Assembly: GCF_000143415.4 (NCBI RefSeq)
Contig: NW_003314412.1
Coordinates: forward strand, 186,494-250,493
Direction: 5' to 3'
Source of the DNA: Selaginella moellendorffii
Lineage: Eukaryota > Plantae > Lycopodiophyta
DNA: 64,000 nucleotides
The notes under the pieces are model-generated. The model made no database searches. It was not told the origin of the DNA and saw nothing but the letters and a program-made list of their open reading frames with translations. A program made the position numbers and the translations under genes. This document shows, in pieces, positions 13,101-25,777 of the stretch (its first letter is position 1; each line of letters begins with the position of its first letter).

Positions 13101-15770
13101 CACAACCATCTCAATTAGATTGTTGAAAACAAGTAATTATATCAAACCATTTGCTATAACCAAATATATCAAAATATAAAAGGCCTCAACTATAAAATCA
13201 TCATTATAGAGGATATGGTTTGAATAAGAAATTCTATCTGATAAAAAAATGTTTAATAAAAAAATTTTATCCAACAAATCAATAATGCTTTACTCCTTAT
13301 TAACAATTCATCAGGAAAATTTTTATTAAATTAAACACCTTTAAACTACAAAAATAAGAAGAAATTTATACAATTAACTCCTTTAACTATCATTCTTTTA
13401 AATTTTATACTTTGCTTTGGGTGCTATCTCATCATAATAGAGAGCAAAAAGAGCTTCAGTAAATTATTTTTTAAAATCTCATTTGCAAATAATGAACTTT
13501 ATTAGATTGTTTTTCAAACCCTTATCCACATTTGCGAGGGTGATGAACAGAAAATAACCTTTCGTACTTGTTATAGTTATTTTGAGTACACAGTGATGCA
13601 TTTTTATTTAACTAACACTTTTATTGTTATTTACATATAATAAATAATATACTTTATAAGTTTTTTAATCCCTTTATTATCATCTATTTTGATAACATTA
13701 TTATCTTCTCTGACACTTAAGAAGAACATAACCATCATATTCATATTTTTCTTTAGTATCTTCAATAATGTAAGTTTTTTATAAAGTCGTAAAAAATGTT
13801 ATTTTGATTAAAATTCAATAGAATTTTCTGGGTATATTATTTCCTTATGCAAAATTATTATAAATAATGCTAACGTTTTTACTATTCATAAGTGGCAATA
13901 AAAAAATTTTATACTTGATTTTCAATATTTTCTTAATTTTATAAACTTTTACAAACACTTCATTTAGAACTTTTTCAAAATCACTCTGCTTTTTACATGA
14001 CTTGCTAAAACAATACAACTTTTATTTAGTTTTATTTACTTCTGCTGTAATTCTTATCCATCTGTATAATATAGAGCCATATTTTGTTAAAATAGATGTT
14101 TCAAATTTTGATTTATGTGCTATTTTGTTGTAAGAGAAACCAAATAGTGAGTTTAACTTAATTATTTTTTATAATCTCACATACATTTGAGAGAAACAAT
14201 TTTTTATACTTGTTATGGCCATTTTGAGTATATAGTGATGTTTTTTGGTTTAACTAACACTTCTGTTGTTTCTCAATATATGGTAAATAACACTTTTATA
14301 ATTTTTGTGATCTTTTTATTATTATTTAATTTGATAATATTCTTATTTTCTTTGAAACTTTGAATTTCCTTAACAAAAACAGTTTTATATTGTTTGGGTA
14401 GATTAGAACTAAAATGGAAGTACATATAAACTTTAAAAAGTCAAAAAAAGTTTTAGCAGTTGAAAACCATACAAAAGTAACATCTTTTATAATGGAATTA
14501 TGTTAGAAGGAGAATAATTTTTTAGAAGTCTTAAATAAAATGCCAATAAAAGTTTACAGAGCCAAAGAAGTATTAAGCATCACAAATAGAAATTGAGTTT
14601 TGCCATTCAAGAATGGTGAAAACCTTAGCAAAATGTTATATAAGGAAATAATAAAGCTAAAAAACTCTATTAAATTTTAATTAAAATAACATTTCTCTAA
14701 CTTTTTAGAAAATGCCATATTTTTTAAAGTGCTAGAGAACAAATTAAACATGATGGTTATGCTCTTCCTAAGTTTAAGAGAAGATAAGAATGTCATCAAG
14801 ATAGATAATAATAAAAAGATAAAGAAAATCACGAAAAATATCATTTTCCATATATCAAAAAATAATAAAGGAATTGGCCAAATATAAAATTATTAGCATA
14901 TATTTAAAGTGGTTATAACAAGTGTAAAAGGGTATTTTTTATTTATAACCTCCCAAATAAAGATGAGGTTGTAAGCACCACACAGATCAATTTTCATGAA
15001 AAACTAGGCCTTGAAGAGCTGCTTCAACATCTAAAGGATAATCAAAGTCATAAAATAGTGACTTGTAATAGTCCACAACCAAATGAAAAGCCCCATCCTT
15101 CATTTATGTTTTGACATATTTGGTTATAGCAAATGATTTGATATAATTACTTGCTTTCAACATTTTAATTGAGATGGTTGTATGACATTTATATTTACCC
15201 TCACAAATAAGTTAATGCTATTTAAGCATAAGATCACTATTTAACTAGCAAGCAGATTTTGTAGAGCCTAGGTTTTCACCTAGGGAGAACTAGAGATTAT
15301 CACCTCTTTCTATGACACTTTAATGACTTTCATAAATATAGTGTACAGCAAGCTGATTTCTAATATTGAGCAAGTTAATCAATTGTTGATGGGCTGGAAA
15401 GTTCATTTGGCAATTGTTCCTCTCTATTGTAACAATGAGTCATTCCATAGTCTTCAAACTTTCTAAACTAAACACAAAAAGAAATTCTGCCACATTAGAT
15501 AACCTTTAAATTTAAAATATCCATTCAAAATCTAATAATTAATGTATATAACAAGTAATTGTTTGTAGACAACAAATCAATTTGAAAAGCAACAGTTACA
15601 TAAATATATTCTTATATAACTTCATTATCCTACTGTTACAAAACTGCCCAGCTTAAGAGAAAGAGAGTGTATAACACAAACAAAGAGGTTCACTTCTCAA
15701 GGCAGCTTGAGAGAAGTAGATTTTTCTCCTCTATAACTGTGCATAATGAACAATTATAACTCTTGAGCCC
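10165..15770. repeat. AT-rich complex of diverged direct and inverted repeats (probable non-autonomous DNA element remnants)
   Basis: ~10880-11400 is similar to ~14370-14880 (direct); ~12330-13180 is inverted relative to ~15100-15770; ~170 bp tandem unit at ~12060-12390; no credible ORFs. Confidence 0.7.
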
Positions 15771-15774
15771 TGTT

Positions 15775-16230
15775 GTGGTACCATAGTACTTATGTTAAGG
15801 TGAATGCAAGTAAGGCCACAACCTTGCTTACATTCACCTTGACACAGCTACTGTGGTACTACTTCTAGCACGACTTTGCAAGTGATCTGGCCTTGCTTGC
15901 ATTATTTTGACATAGCTACCATGGTACCATTTCTAGCATGAGCTGCAAGCAATCCAAAACTGGGACGTGTTGTCAACAACGCAACACATCTTAGTCTTGG
16001 ATCACTTGCAACTTGCGCAAATCATGAGGATCAACACAAATCTCACAAAATGCCTCCTTATCCTCCTCAGAGTTCTCTTCCACCTCTTCTTCCTCTTCTT
16101 CATCCTCTTTCTTTCACCACCTGTTGTTGTTGCTGCTGCTGCGAGCAACTTACATGCTGAAGATCTTCATGAATCTTTGGAATTTCGAGCAAAAGAAAGA
16201 AAAACCTTTTTTTCTCTTAGTTTTGCTGCT
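15775..16230 (-). pseudogene. Rearranged partial duplicate of the Alfin-like gene 3' end (PHD exon plus intron), preceded by a fold-back
   Basis: ~15890-16230 aligns by eye to ~18680-19010 including intron sequence; 15775-15862 is an inverted repeat of a PHD-exon segment. Confidence 0.85.
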
Positions 16231-16617
16231 AAAAAAACCAAAAATCTGCTTAAAGCCAAAAACTTCAACCTTGAGAAGACCTGGATAGCTAAATCTCAGC
16301 TAGCTAGGGCAAATTTCTCTACTCATGTCATAAGTGTGGTGCTTGGAAACTATAGTTTTGTCGCGATCCAAGATCATCCAACTGCTGACTACCTGGATTC
16401 CCATCATAATAGAGCATTGATTCCCATCACAATAGAGTGTTTTCCCCAGAGATCCCTCTATCTCTTCCCTTCCCAGCAACAGCCACAAGTAAGCTGCTCA
16501 CTTCTCAAATTCTTCATATACATTGAAGCACTGATTGAACACCCAGACCATAGGAGACTGGATTGATTTTTTTGACTAATTCAAGGGTTTGCGCCGCACT
16601 TAGGGGTTTTGTTAGCG

Positions 16618-18324
16618 ATGTCGAGCGCGGGCGCGACAGTGAAGGCACCAGATGGTCGCGTGATCCTGCATGCACATGCCTATCCGGGCGCGGTGGTGGC
16701 TCATGTCTTGAGGACCCTGGAGCTGGATGGTTGGAAAGGCTATCTCATTTCTGATTCGGGGAGACGATTGCTTCTCGATACTCCAGTTGCGGATGGATTT
16801 ACGTGCACTTTCATCCAGGTGAGTGCACTTTTGCGTGTTTTACTACCGCATCTGTGTTGATGCCTTTGTTTGCAGACGGAGCCTGCGGACAACGAGTGGA
16901 TCAGGCGCCATAAGAAGCTGCGTTCTGCACCTGAAGTGGCACAGTCCCTTTCGGAAATGCGCCAGCATCTGGGAACAGATGATCCAATTTACAACCTTGG
17001 GCGGACCTCTGCACTCACCACACCTCTCGTGCTGGTGAGCAAGGCATTCGGCTGCTACGCCAGGCTTTTCAGGTGCCATTCTCCAAGTACAAGGGACTGG
17101 GAGTTCGTGAAGGATATGATGGACGGGATGAGTGCTTATTATGACGACGAACGAGCTCGGCAGCACGCCTTTACTCTGTTACTGGAGAATTACATCAACT
17201 TCAGCTGTCCTGGTATGTGCTTTCGATTCAAGGAAGCTCGTCCGGGCGAGTCCGAACCAGATATTTTGGTGGAGGCATATGTTGCGGAAGAATGGTTGCT
17301 GATAGCGATTGTTGAGGTTAAGCCAGAGAGTGGCTTCAATGGAGATCCTAGAGTCGAATTGGCCAAGTACTATGCAGATGCTACGGTTGAGAAGAGACGT
17401 ATGCGGCACTGGAGTTTTGAGCGGTCTTGCTGCCCGGTTCTAGCATTGGAACTTGTTGGTCCGCTTCTGAGAGTTGGCGGTCTTGCTCATTTCACGGACA
17501 AGCCGGCTCACGAGCCGTTTACGCCGTTCCTACACATGCTCAAGTACCTCCAAGATGAAGACCACCTTCAACTCCTTTCCAGAGCCTTAGCTGCCATTCC
17601 AGCGACAATCAGCTCTTTAGTGCAGTCCTACGTGACTCTCAGCGGCTTGCAGGTGCAACACGGGCCGCGGAGGGACCCGTCCATCGACTTCCCGTACTTC
17701 ATCACGGATGCACGGGCTCCGGTGGTCATTCGGTTTGTACGCGAGAGTAACTCGCTGCAAACGAGGGAGCAGCAGCTTGTGTTCTATACGCGGAATGCTG
17801 CTGGTGAACGAAAGATCGTCAAGTTCTGCCAGAGATATGGCTTGCAGGTGCACCAGCAATGGGCCGAGGATGGCTATGCTCCCCGTTTCCAGCACCAGGG
17901 TCTTGATGGAGGCTGGCTGGTGATTTCCATGGACTACTATGCTGCAGAGGATGGGTGGCGGCCAGTGACAGAGCTCGACCCGCGAGAGATGGTTGCTGGT
18001 CATGGAAATGCTGTGGAGGAGGCTAACAAATACAGGTTGGCGCCTTCGGACTGGGAAGAGTGCAAGATGGCAGTGAAGAATGCGTATCAGGTATTGCATT
18101 CTCGGTACCCGCTCTGGGTTCACGGTGATCTAAGGAGGCAAAACATCTTCTACAATGTCAAGACTTCCCAGGTGGCCTTTATTGATTTCGATTGGGCCGG
18201 CGTCCATGGCAAAGAACGATATCCACTCTGGATAAATCCGCTACTACAGTGGCCCCCTAGAGTCAAAGCGGGTGGGATCATCCTTGCTGAGCATGATCAA
18301 CAGCTCCTTGATATTGAGCTTTGA
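16618..18324 (+). CDS. Crinkler-like protein: short N-terminal header + PD-(D/E)xK REase fold + atypical protein kinase (~549 aa, 2 exons)
   Basis: Exon 1 16618-16818 (67 aa), 57 bp GT-AG intron, exon 2 16876-18324 in phase. EPDILV..IVEVK..GDP..ELAKYY nuclease motif; kinase motifs IVKF, YAP, HGDLRRQN, IDFDWAG. Confidence 0.8.
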
Positions 18325-18622
18325 TTGAGTTGTTCCTTTTTTTGACAATGGCATTAAGTTGTTTCTTCTATTGCAAAAAAAAAATTGTAATTCTTATAGA
18401 GATCTTATGATAGATTAAGATGTTATTTCCTTCTCTATCTTTTACCTTGGGGAAAACTGGGAAGCTGTTACAAAACTGGCTGGACAAAGCCCAGGAAAAG
18501 AAAAAGAAAAAGAGAGACAGAGAGTGTACATACAAGAACAAAGAGGAGAAAGAGAGCACTCACTCACCATCCAAGAGTGAACACAAGTGGAGATTTTTCT
18601 CCTCCACGGCTCAATGGATCAA

Positions 18623-19613
18623 TCAGTGGCGAGCTCTTTTCTTGGCACAGGATGGGCAATTGTAGCTCTTGATCCCGGCAGCCTTGCTTGCATTCACCTT
18701 TACGCAGCTACCGTGGTACCACTTCCGGCACGAGTCGCACGCGATCCAAAACTGGGACGTGTTGTGAGGATCAGCACAAATCCCACAAAACGCCTCCTCT
18801 TCCTCCTCCTCAGAGTTCTCTTCCACCTCTTCTTCGTCTTGCTCCTCCTCTTCCTCGTCCTCGTCCTCCTCTTTCTTTCTCCGCCTGTTGCTGTTGTTGC
18901 TGCTGCCGCGAGCAGCCTGGACAAAAAGAACTCATGCTTAAGATCTTCACGAAACTTTGGAACTTCGAGCGAAAGAAAGAAAACCTTTTTGCTCTTGGTT
19001 TTGCTGCTGGATTTATTCGCGGGCTTGGCGAGGACCTCGTGAATAGTGGGGAGATTGTTTATCATTCCGAAAAGCCGCTGCCTGCATGGGATGGAGTTGA
19101 GTGAGCAACGCAAAATCAATCAAAGAAATGCGCAAGAAAACATGAAAGAAAGAACAAGCTTGCATACCTGTCCGCTTTGTGCAACCGCGCAGCGTGATAG
19201 AACGCGACCGAGTAGAGCCACGAGTCGCTGTGTACCGCAACCAAAATCAGCCAGTCCGTTCTCTTCATTCCATCCTTCGCGAAATTAATTCCCAGCGAAG
19301 GCTCCGGGAGCTCGGGCGGGACTTCTTCCACTGGCAGGGTCACTTTCCACTCTCCATCGGGTAGGCCATACAGGCACAGGTCCTTGACTGGAACAAACAA
19401 GAATTTCTTCGCGAAATCAAATCGACCGTGTGAAGCACAAACCTGGATCGCATTCGTCGCAAAAGATCGAGACATCTACGCGAGAAAAAATTCAAGACCG
19501 AGATGAGAGAATGGATCGATCAAAATCCTACCCGTTGTGAGCGCCTTGACGATCCCCGCGCGCCTGCCCCGGAAATCCTCGAAGATCGCCTCCACAGTCG
19601 CGGGCGACTCCAT
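18623..19613 (-). CDS. Alfin-like PHD finger protein (multi-exon)
   Basis: [26 protein letters not shown]; [49 protein letters not shown]; C-terminal [28 protein letters not shown]. Confidence 0.93.
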
Positions 19614-19892
19614 CGTCACAAAAAACCCTAGCTACACCCAATCGCCCATGGGAATCGAACCATGCATCGGCGGGGCTCAATCCAAGCCCTTGGATCTGCA
19701 CTGGTAGCATCCAACGGTTGGGAAGCATTTTGCCCTTTAGGCATGGCGGAGAAAGAACGCGACGAGCTGCGGTGGTGCTCCCTTGGCGCCGCTATCGCCC
19801 GGTAAGATCTCTAGGTCGGCACTCCTGGCTGGATGATTGTCTAGGTCTAGGAGCTCTCCGCGGCGGCGTGGCGGCGGAGGCGGCGGCGATCT

Positions 19893-21199
19893 ATGGGGGA
19901 CCGCCAGATCGAAGTTGTCGGCGTTCGCGTCGACGATGGCCGGAAGATCCTCCTCGTCAAGCCGACCGTCGTCCCGCCCGAGATTGTGAGCGATCAGGTG
20001 GACAATTTCCTGCTAGAAGCGCTTCAAAACCCTCGCGATCGTCTCACAGGTACCAAATTCTCTAGCCTTCTTTCCGGAGCTTATAATCTCTATGCAGTTC
20101 TTCGATTGGAGCAGGAGATACAGAAGTTTGCCAAGAATGCCGAGGTCCAGCAGCTAGAATTCCAGCCGATGGGGTCTCCTTTCTGCCAGCTCGCGACACA
20201 GCGCGTTGCTCAGCACTATGGCTTGAAGACCAGCGTGGTGGAAAGCTCTGGTGGCGCTAGGATTCACGTCACGAAGAGCCTGGACGGAGAGAATCGCCAA
20301 AGTGGCATTCGCTTGGCTGATATTCCTCCAAGGGTGGCTCAAGCTCTACAGCCCAGAGTAGCGATCAAGCAAAGGGGTGCTCCGGCTGGTTACAGGGACA
20401 AGAGGAACTCCAAGGTGGATTCCAGCAAGAGTGTGGAGGAAAGGAAGGAGGAATACAACAGGGCGAGAGCGAGGATTTTTCAGGAGGATTCTAGCGACGA
20501 CGATAGCGTCAAAGATTGCTGCCACATCGAGGTGGTGAGGGTGGAGAACAAGGATGAAGCTGCGAAAGCCAACAAAGAGACGCGTGCCGAGACGACAGTG
20601 CCGAGGATCTGTACGAAAGACGACAAGGAGAACGTAAGGCGGATCTTCAAAGAAGAGAATGCGATCAAGCCAAAGCCGAGCACTCCAAACAGGGTGGCGA
20701 TCATCCGAGACCGTGAGAAGGATCGAAAGGACCCCGACTATGATCGAAGCTACGACAGGTAAGATTTCTTCACATCTTTTGAGATTAGCTCATGATCTTG
20801 GTTTGTAACAGGTATCTCCAGCGTTATGATCGCGGCTTTGGTGGTCTCATGGCTCATCCGGTCTCTCCGGCTTATAACACGCAATTCGACGCTTGCATCC
20901 AGCAGCCAGCTCAATCGCTGTGTTCTTCGTGGGTGTCGCCAACTTACAATCCAGCAGCGTCCTCTGGATCTCCGATCCAGATGGGAGGAACTCGAGGGTC
21001 TTTCGTCATGGACAGCACAAGCTACTCGAGCTACGCTCCATATCAATCCCAGGATCCCAGGTTCTTTCACGATGGATTTTTCTCCTCCTCATCCTCGTTC
21101 CAAGCGTTTAACACTCTGGAGGCTCCACAGCAGCACTACCAAATGGCCGTGCTTCCAAGCTACAACATGGTCAACTTGCACAGTCGGCAGCACTACTAA
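19893..21199 (+). CDS. R3H-SUZ domain RNA-binding protein (spliced; start may lie upstream at 19743)
   Basis: DNFLLEALQNPRDRLT, RVAQHYGL, SUZ motif KSVEERKEEYNRARARIF, DPDYDRSYDR; short GT-AG introns. Confidence 0.85.
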
Positions 21200-21579
21200 A
21201 AGCGAAGGCTTCCAAGAATTTTGGAGACGAAAAACGGGAGGCATTGTAAGACACTAATTTTTTTTCTTCGGACGGGAATGTACGTATAGTCTTCGAATAT
21301 GATTCTTTTATTCGCTGGAGATGCCAAATGATCAATCACGCATATGCCAATTCTTTTAACCGCCATGGTTTGTGTGGTTTGTGGTCTGAGATTCCAAAAG
21401 AAAGGATGGTGCATATCCACATCTCTAGGCAACATACAAGGGACCACCACCACCACCAAAATATTTCCAAACGAATGGTTTGGATGGCCGATTAAATCCT
21501 GGCCCTGGACTGACATACCAATGTGGAGTGTCTCTCGCATCACACATTTTTCCTTTGCTTTTTCCATACGTTTGAACGA

Positions 21580-21840
21580 GGGACCACGTGTCGCCGAGGA
21601 AATATCCACGCAAAAGATCTTGGGCCGCCGTAGGGAGTGGTCAGGCCGTACTGGCGAGATTTGTTGACCACATTTTTTGCGATCCCGGTCCACGTCGGCG
21701 GGAAGTACGTGCCACGCGGCGCGATCAGGCCTTGGAAATCGAGTGGCTGCGAGCGCCCGGCAGAAATATCTGGCGGCGATTGGTCCGCCCGTGACACGTC
21801 GGAATTCCACGTGGCGGCTCCCTCGTGGCTATATAGCTCC
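21580..21840 (+). promoter_or_regulatory. ACGT/G-box-rich promoter with TATA box upstream of the B-box gene
   Basis: CCACGTGTC (~21584), CACGTC, GACACGTC, CCACGTGG (~21807), AAATATCT (~21763) and TATATA (~21830). Confidence 0.55.
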
Positions 21841-21983
21841 TCACGCAGTTGAATCGAACGAGGGAGCAAAAGGAAGAACAGAGGGAATTTGGCGGTCTTG
21901 GTGTCGCGCAACTTGCTGTTAGATCGATCACGGGCTTGTGGATGAGTGTTGGAGCAAGGCGCTGGTGATCTTGCGGGGATTCT

Positions 21984-22831
21984 ATGGAGAAATCCAGGGA
22001 TTGTGAGCTCTGCCAGGTGAGAGCGGCGGTGTATTGCTGCGCCGATGAAGCGTACCTGTGCTGGAAGTGTGATTCCAAGGTTCACGGGGCGAATTTCATC
22101 GTCGCCAGGCACTTGAGGTCGATTCTTTGCGGTCGATGCCATTCTCCCACGGCTGTTCTTGCGGAATCGTCGCCGCCGGGCCCTTGTTCTTCTCTGTGCC
22201 CTACTTGCGCTTGTCCAGCGTCCCTGGGCGATATTTCGGAGGATTCCATTCACAGCCAGCATTCTTCCACCATGGATCATGATCTAGCCGCGGAAGAGGA
22301 GGTTTCGTCCGCGGCGCCGAAGAGGGCTCGATCGAGCGAGCTAAGAACCAGATCTAGATCGCCGTCGCCGGATTCCGTGATTCCTGTTAGTAGGAAGCGC
22401 AAGAATGCGGCAATCGACGCGGCAGTGATCCCCACGCAGCAGCTGGTAAGGTCGATCAGGCCTTAATATTTTCAGGGATCTAAATCTCGGCATTTCTCTT
22501 GTAGGTAACGCTGGGGAGATTGGAGTGTGTTCTTCGCAACTGGGAGGGTGCTCTGGGGCTAGAGCCCTCGGATCACAGGGTTTCGCTGGCAATGCAGCTA
22601 TTGCGGAGGATTGCGGTGTCGATCAAGGTGAATCGGCTGCCAAAGCTGGATGCCCGCGCCGCGCTTGCCGTGTGCCTGTGGATCTCCCTCAAGCTCGAGC
22701 GTGATCGATTGTCGCGATCGATTCCTAGGGTTGATCTATTTGGGCGGTGCACGGGCATCGCTGCTGACGTCTTGCTCACTGTGGAGGCCAGGCTTTGCGA
22801 CGAGCTCTCCACGCCAAGAGTTTTCTTTTAA
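21984..22831 (+). CDS. Single B-box zinc finger protein (BBX32-like), 2 exons
   Basis: CELC..RAAVYC.ADEAYLCWKCDSKVHGANFIVARH; intron ~22446-22504; no CCT domain. Confidence 0.85.
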
Positions 22832-23025
22832 GAGAAAAAGATTTGGTGACGTGTCAAGTTGTGATGGACGTGTCCATGACGTGGCTTTTGTATTGTAACT
22901 GCCAGTAGGGCACCGTGACCGTCGGATGACGGGGCGTTAGGGCATGCGTAGTAAAGCGTGTTTATCCAACGGTCACGTCCTGCGAGGGAAAAAATTAGGG
23001 CTTTTTCAAATGTGGGCAACATGGT

Positions 23026-25777
23026 ATGATCCTCAGGAGAGGCTTTCGGGGAGGAGGTTGTCCGTGTTGGTGCCCTAGCGGCGGCGGCGGCGTGAAAGAA
23101 GGCGCAGATCCAGGTAGCGGGGGATCTGGTGGCAGCAGTAGTGAGAATACTGTGACCGCTAGGGTTTTGCCGATAGCACGCATTCTATCCAGGTCTTCGA
23201 GCCGCAAAGAGCGCGAGGATAAAGAGGCTGCTGCTCGCGAGGAGCAGCGCATCCAAGGGATCATCATGGCGGCTATGGTGTCAGATAGCAAGACGCCCAA
23301 GGATGTTCGCTACGATCCGCATGCTCCGGGCGATAATCCCTTTGAATTGCCGCATCTCGCCGATTTTCTTCCTCTCCCTCCGGTGGAATCAACTTACAGA
23401 GCCAAGAGCGGGTACGCCAGGAAACAAAAGAGCTAGTGCTAAACTTCTCTCTTCGTGTTTGTAAGGCCGTTTCCTCAAGAAGGGGCTGTTCCAACGAAAG
23501 CCACTCCGGATAGTCAGGATATGCGTCGTCTGTTTGTTCATGACGACGATAGAGTTCTTCTCAAGGTAAAGGTCTTTGAAAGAACAGCAACTTAAACGTA
23601 CCATGGCAAAACGCAGACTTTCAGTAGCTTCAAAGTACTTAACCTGGTAAACTACGCCAACAACAGGTGGTACACTATGGTCATCCAACTTCTGCCGGTA
23701 TCGAATACGGGCCCAAGGGCGAATGGGAGTTCAAGCCTCTGTGGTAAGTTCCTTGTTTCGACAAAGTGAGGTTGTTTGTGTCTGTTGTATGAGGCGTTGT
23801 CTTGTGCTGGTTATCAGGTACCTTGTCAAATATCATCACTTTTGTTTAGTATGAAGTGACGACGATGTCTCTTGAGCTGCAGGGCTCATCGTGCAGGCCC
23901 GCGCGCGTGGATTTACTTTCACCCAATGACAGTATGTACGAGTTCTCGAGTATTGTCATATGCAAAAATGTACCTTTCTTTTTCTCTTTTCAGGTGCGAG
24001 CGGCTATTGTGACTTGCGGTGGTCTTTGCCCGGGGCTTAACGATGTGATTCGGCAGGTACGCATGCTTTTGCATAAACAAGTTTCTGCTGTTTTCTAATG
24101 TTTTTTCTGGTGCGATGCTTTTCAGGTTGTCTATACGCTCGAAACTTACGGCGTCACAGACATCTTGGGCATTCAGTATGGTTTTCGTGGGTTCCTTGAT
24201 AAGACGTTGCCACCTATCATTGTAAGTATGGTAACATTGCTCGTTGCTGTACTTATCGCGTTTGTGTTTTTATGCAGCTGAATCGTAAGGTTGTTCAAGG
24301 CATACACATGCGCGGAGGAAGTTTTCTTGGCGTTTCGCGTGGGCACCCAAACGTTGAAGAGCTTGTTGACAAACTAGAGGTAACTGAGTGTGCTTTGTAA
24401 GCTTTAGCAAGTGAAGTATTGAAGCTGTTTTGATGCAGGAGTGGGGCATCAATATGCTGTATGTCATCGGTGGAAATGGCTCTCATGCTGGAGCTAGCGC
24501 TATCTACGAAATTGTAAGCTTGAGGAGTGAGTGAACGTGTCCGATTGCTGACACGTCCCTGCGTGCAGTGTTACAAACGGAAATTGAAGATTGTCGTTGT
24601 TGGCATTCCAAAAACCATTGACAATGACATTCTTTTGATTGATAAAACGTTCGGTTTTGACACTGCTGTGGAGGAAGCACAAAGAGCAATAAACGCTGCC
24701 TACGTTGAGGTATGTTGGAGGCACGCACTCAGTTTCCGCTTGTTTATACCTTGTCTCCGAATACATTTTGCTGCAGGCCAGTAGCGCTCTCAATGGTGTT
24801 GGTATTGTTAAGCTCATGGGCAGGCAGAGTGGATTTATTGCCATGTATGCAACACTTGCCAGCGGCCAAGTAGACCTTGTCCTGATTCCGGAGGTGAGGT
24901 TTATGGATTGGTGACCCGGCTACAACATTTTCACTGCTTGTGAACAGGTGCCTTTTGAAATGGACGGAAAGAATGGTGTTCTAGCGTTCATGAAGAAAAG
25001 GCTTGACAAGAATGGTAACTGCGTAGTAGTCATTGCCGAAGGTGCTGCTCAGGTACTGTTTCCTTTATTTACTTTTCTCCTTCCGTTTAAACACTTTCTG
25101 GTTCTTACAGAATTATCTCGAAGGCACCGGAGGCACTGATGCATCTGGCAATCCGATCCTAGGAGACGCTGGAAAGTGGCTCTACAATCTTGTGAGTAAC
25201 TTTGGTTGTCGAACTACACATTATCTGACTTAGGAGTGTCAATCTACAGGTTAAATCCCACTTCAAGGAGTTGAACATCCCTGTCGATGTGAAATACATC
25301 GACCCAACGTACATGATCCGAGCAAGAGCTTGCAACTCGTCGGACCACATCTACTGCAGCGTCCTTGGACAGAATGCGGTATGTACATAGCATACACTCG
25401 TGTCCGAAAAGCTCAATTCATTTCTTGCGTTTTTCCAGGTTCATGGTGCCTTCGCTGGCTACACAAACTTTAGCATTGGACTGGTGAACACGCATTACGT
25501 GCTGCTGCCGATTCCAGAGATCATCAAGACTGCTCGAGCTGTGGATCCAAACAGCAACATGTGGCACAGATGCTTGGGATCCACAGGCCAGCCAGACTTC
25601 GCTCCGGGGCCTCCAGAAATCAAGCCGAGCAGCTATCCCCTGAGCCAGAAGAGAGCCAGCAACTTGATGCAGATGAACGCCATGGCTCAGCCATCAGGAC
25701 CGGCTTCCAAGCAGCCAGTGAAGACACAGGGGCCTTCCAAAGCAGCGCAGGGCGCCAAGGCAGCTCAAAAACGATAG
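23026..25777 (+). CDS. PFK: ATP-dependent 6-phosphofructokinase (multi-exon; start uncertain)
   Basis: [60 protein letters not shown]. Confidence 0.93.

Noticed and set aside
15967-16566. 199-aa + strand ORF
   Set aside because: Mostly the antisense reading of the decayed Alfin duplicate; no independent protein features.
21196-22280. Long minus-strand ORFs over the B-box promoter
   Set aside because: GC-rich chance ORFs without motifs, overlapping a clear promoter and gene.
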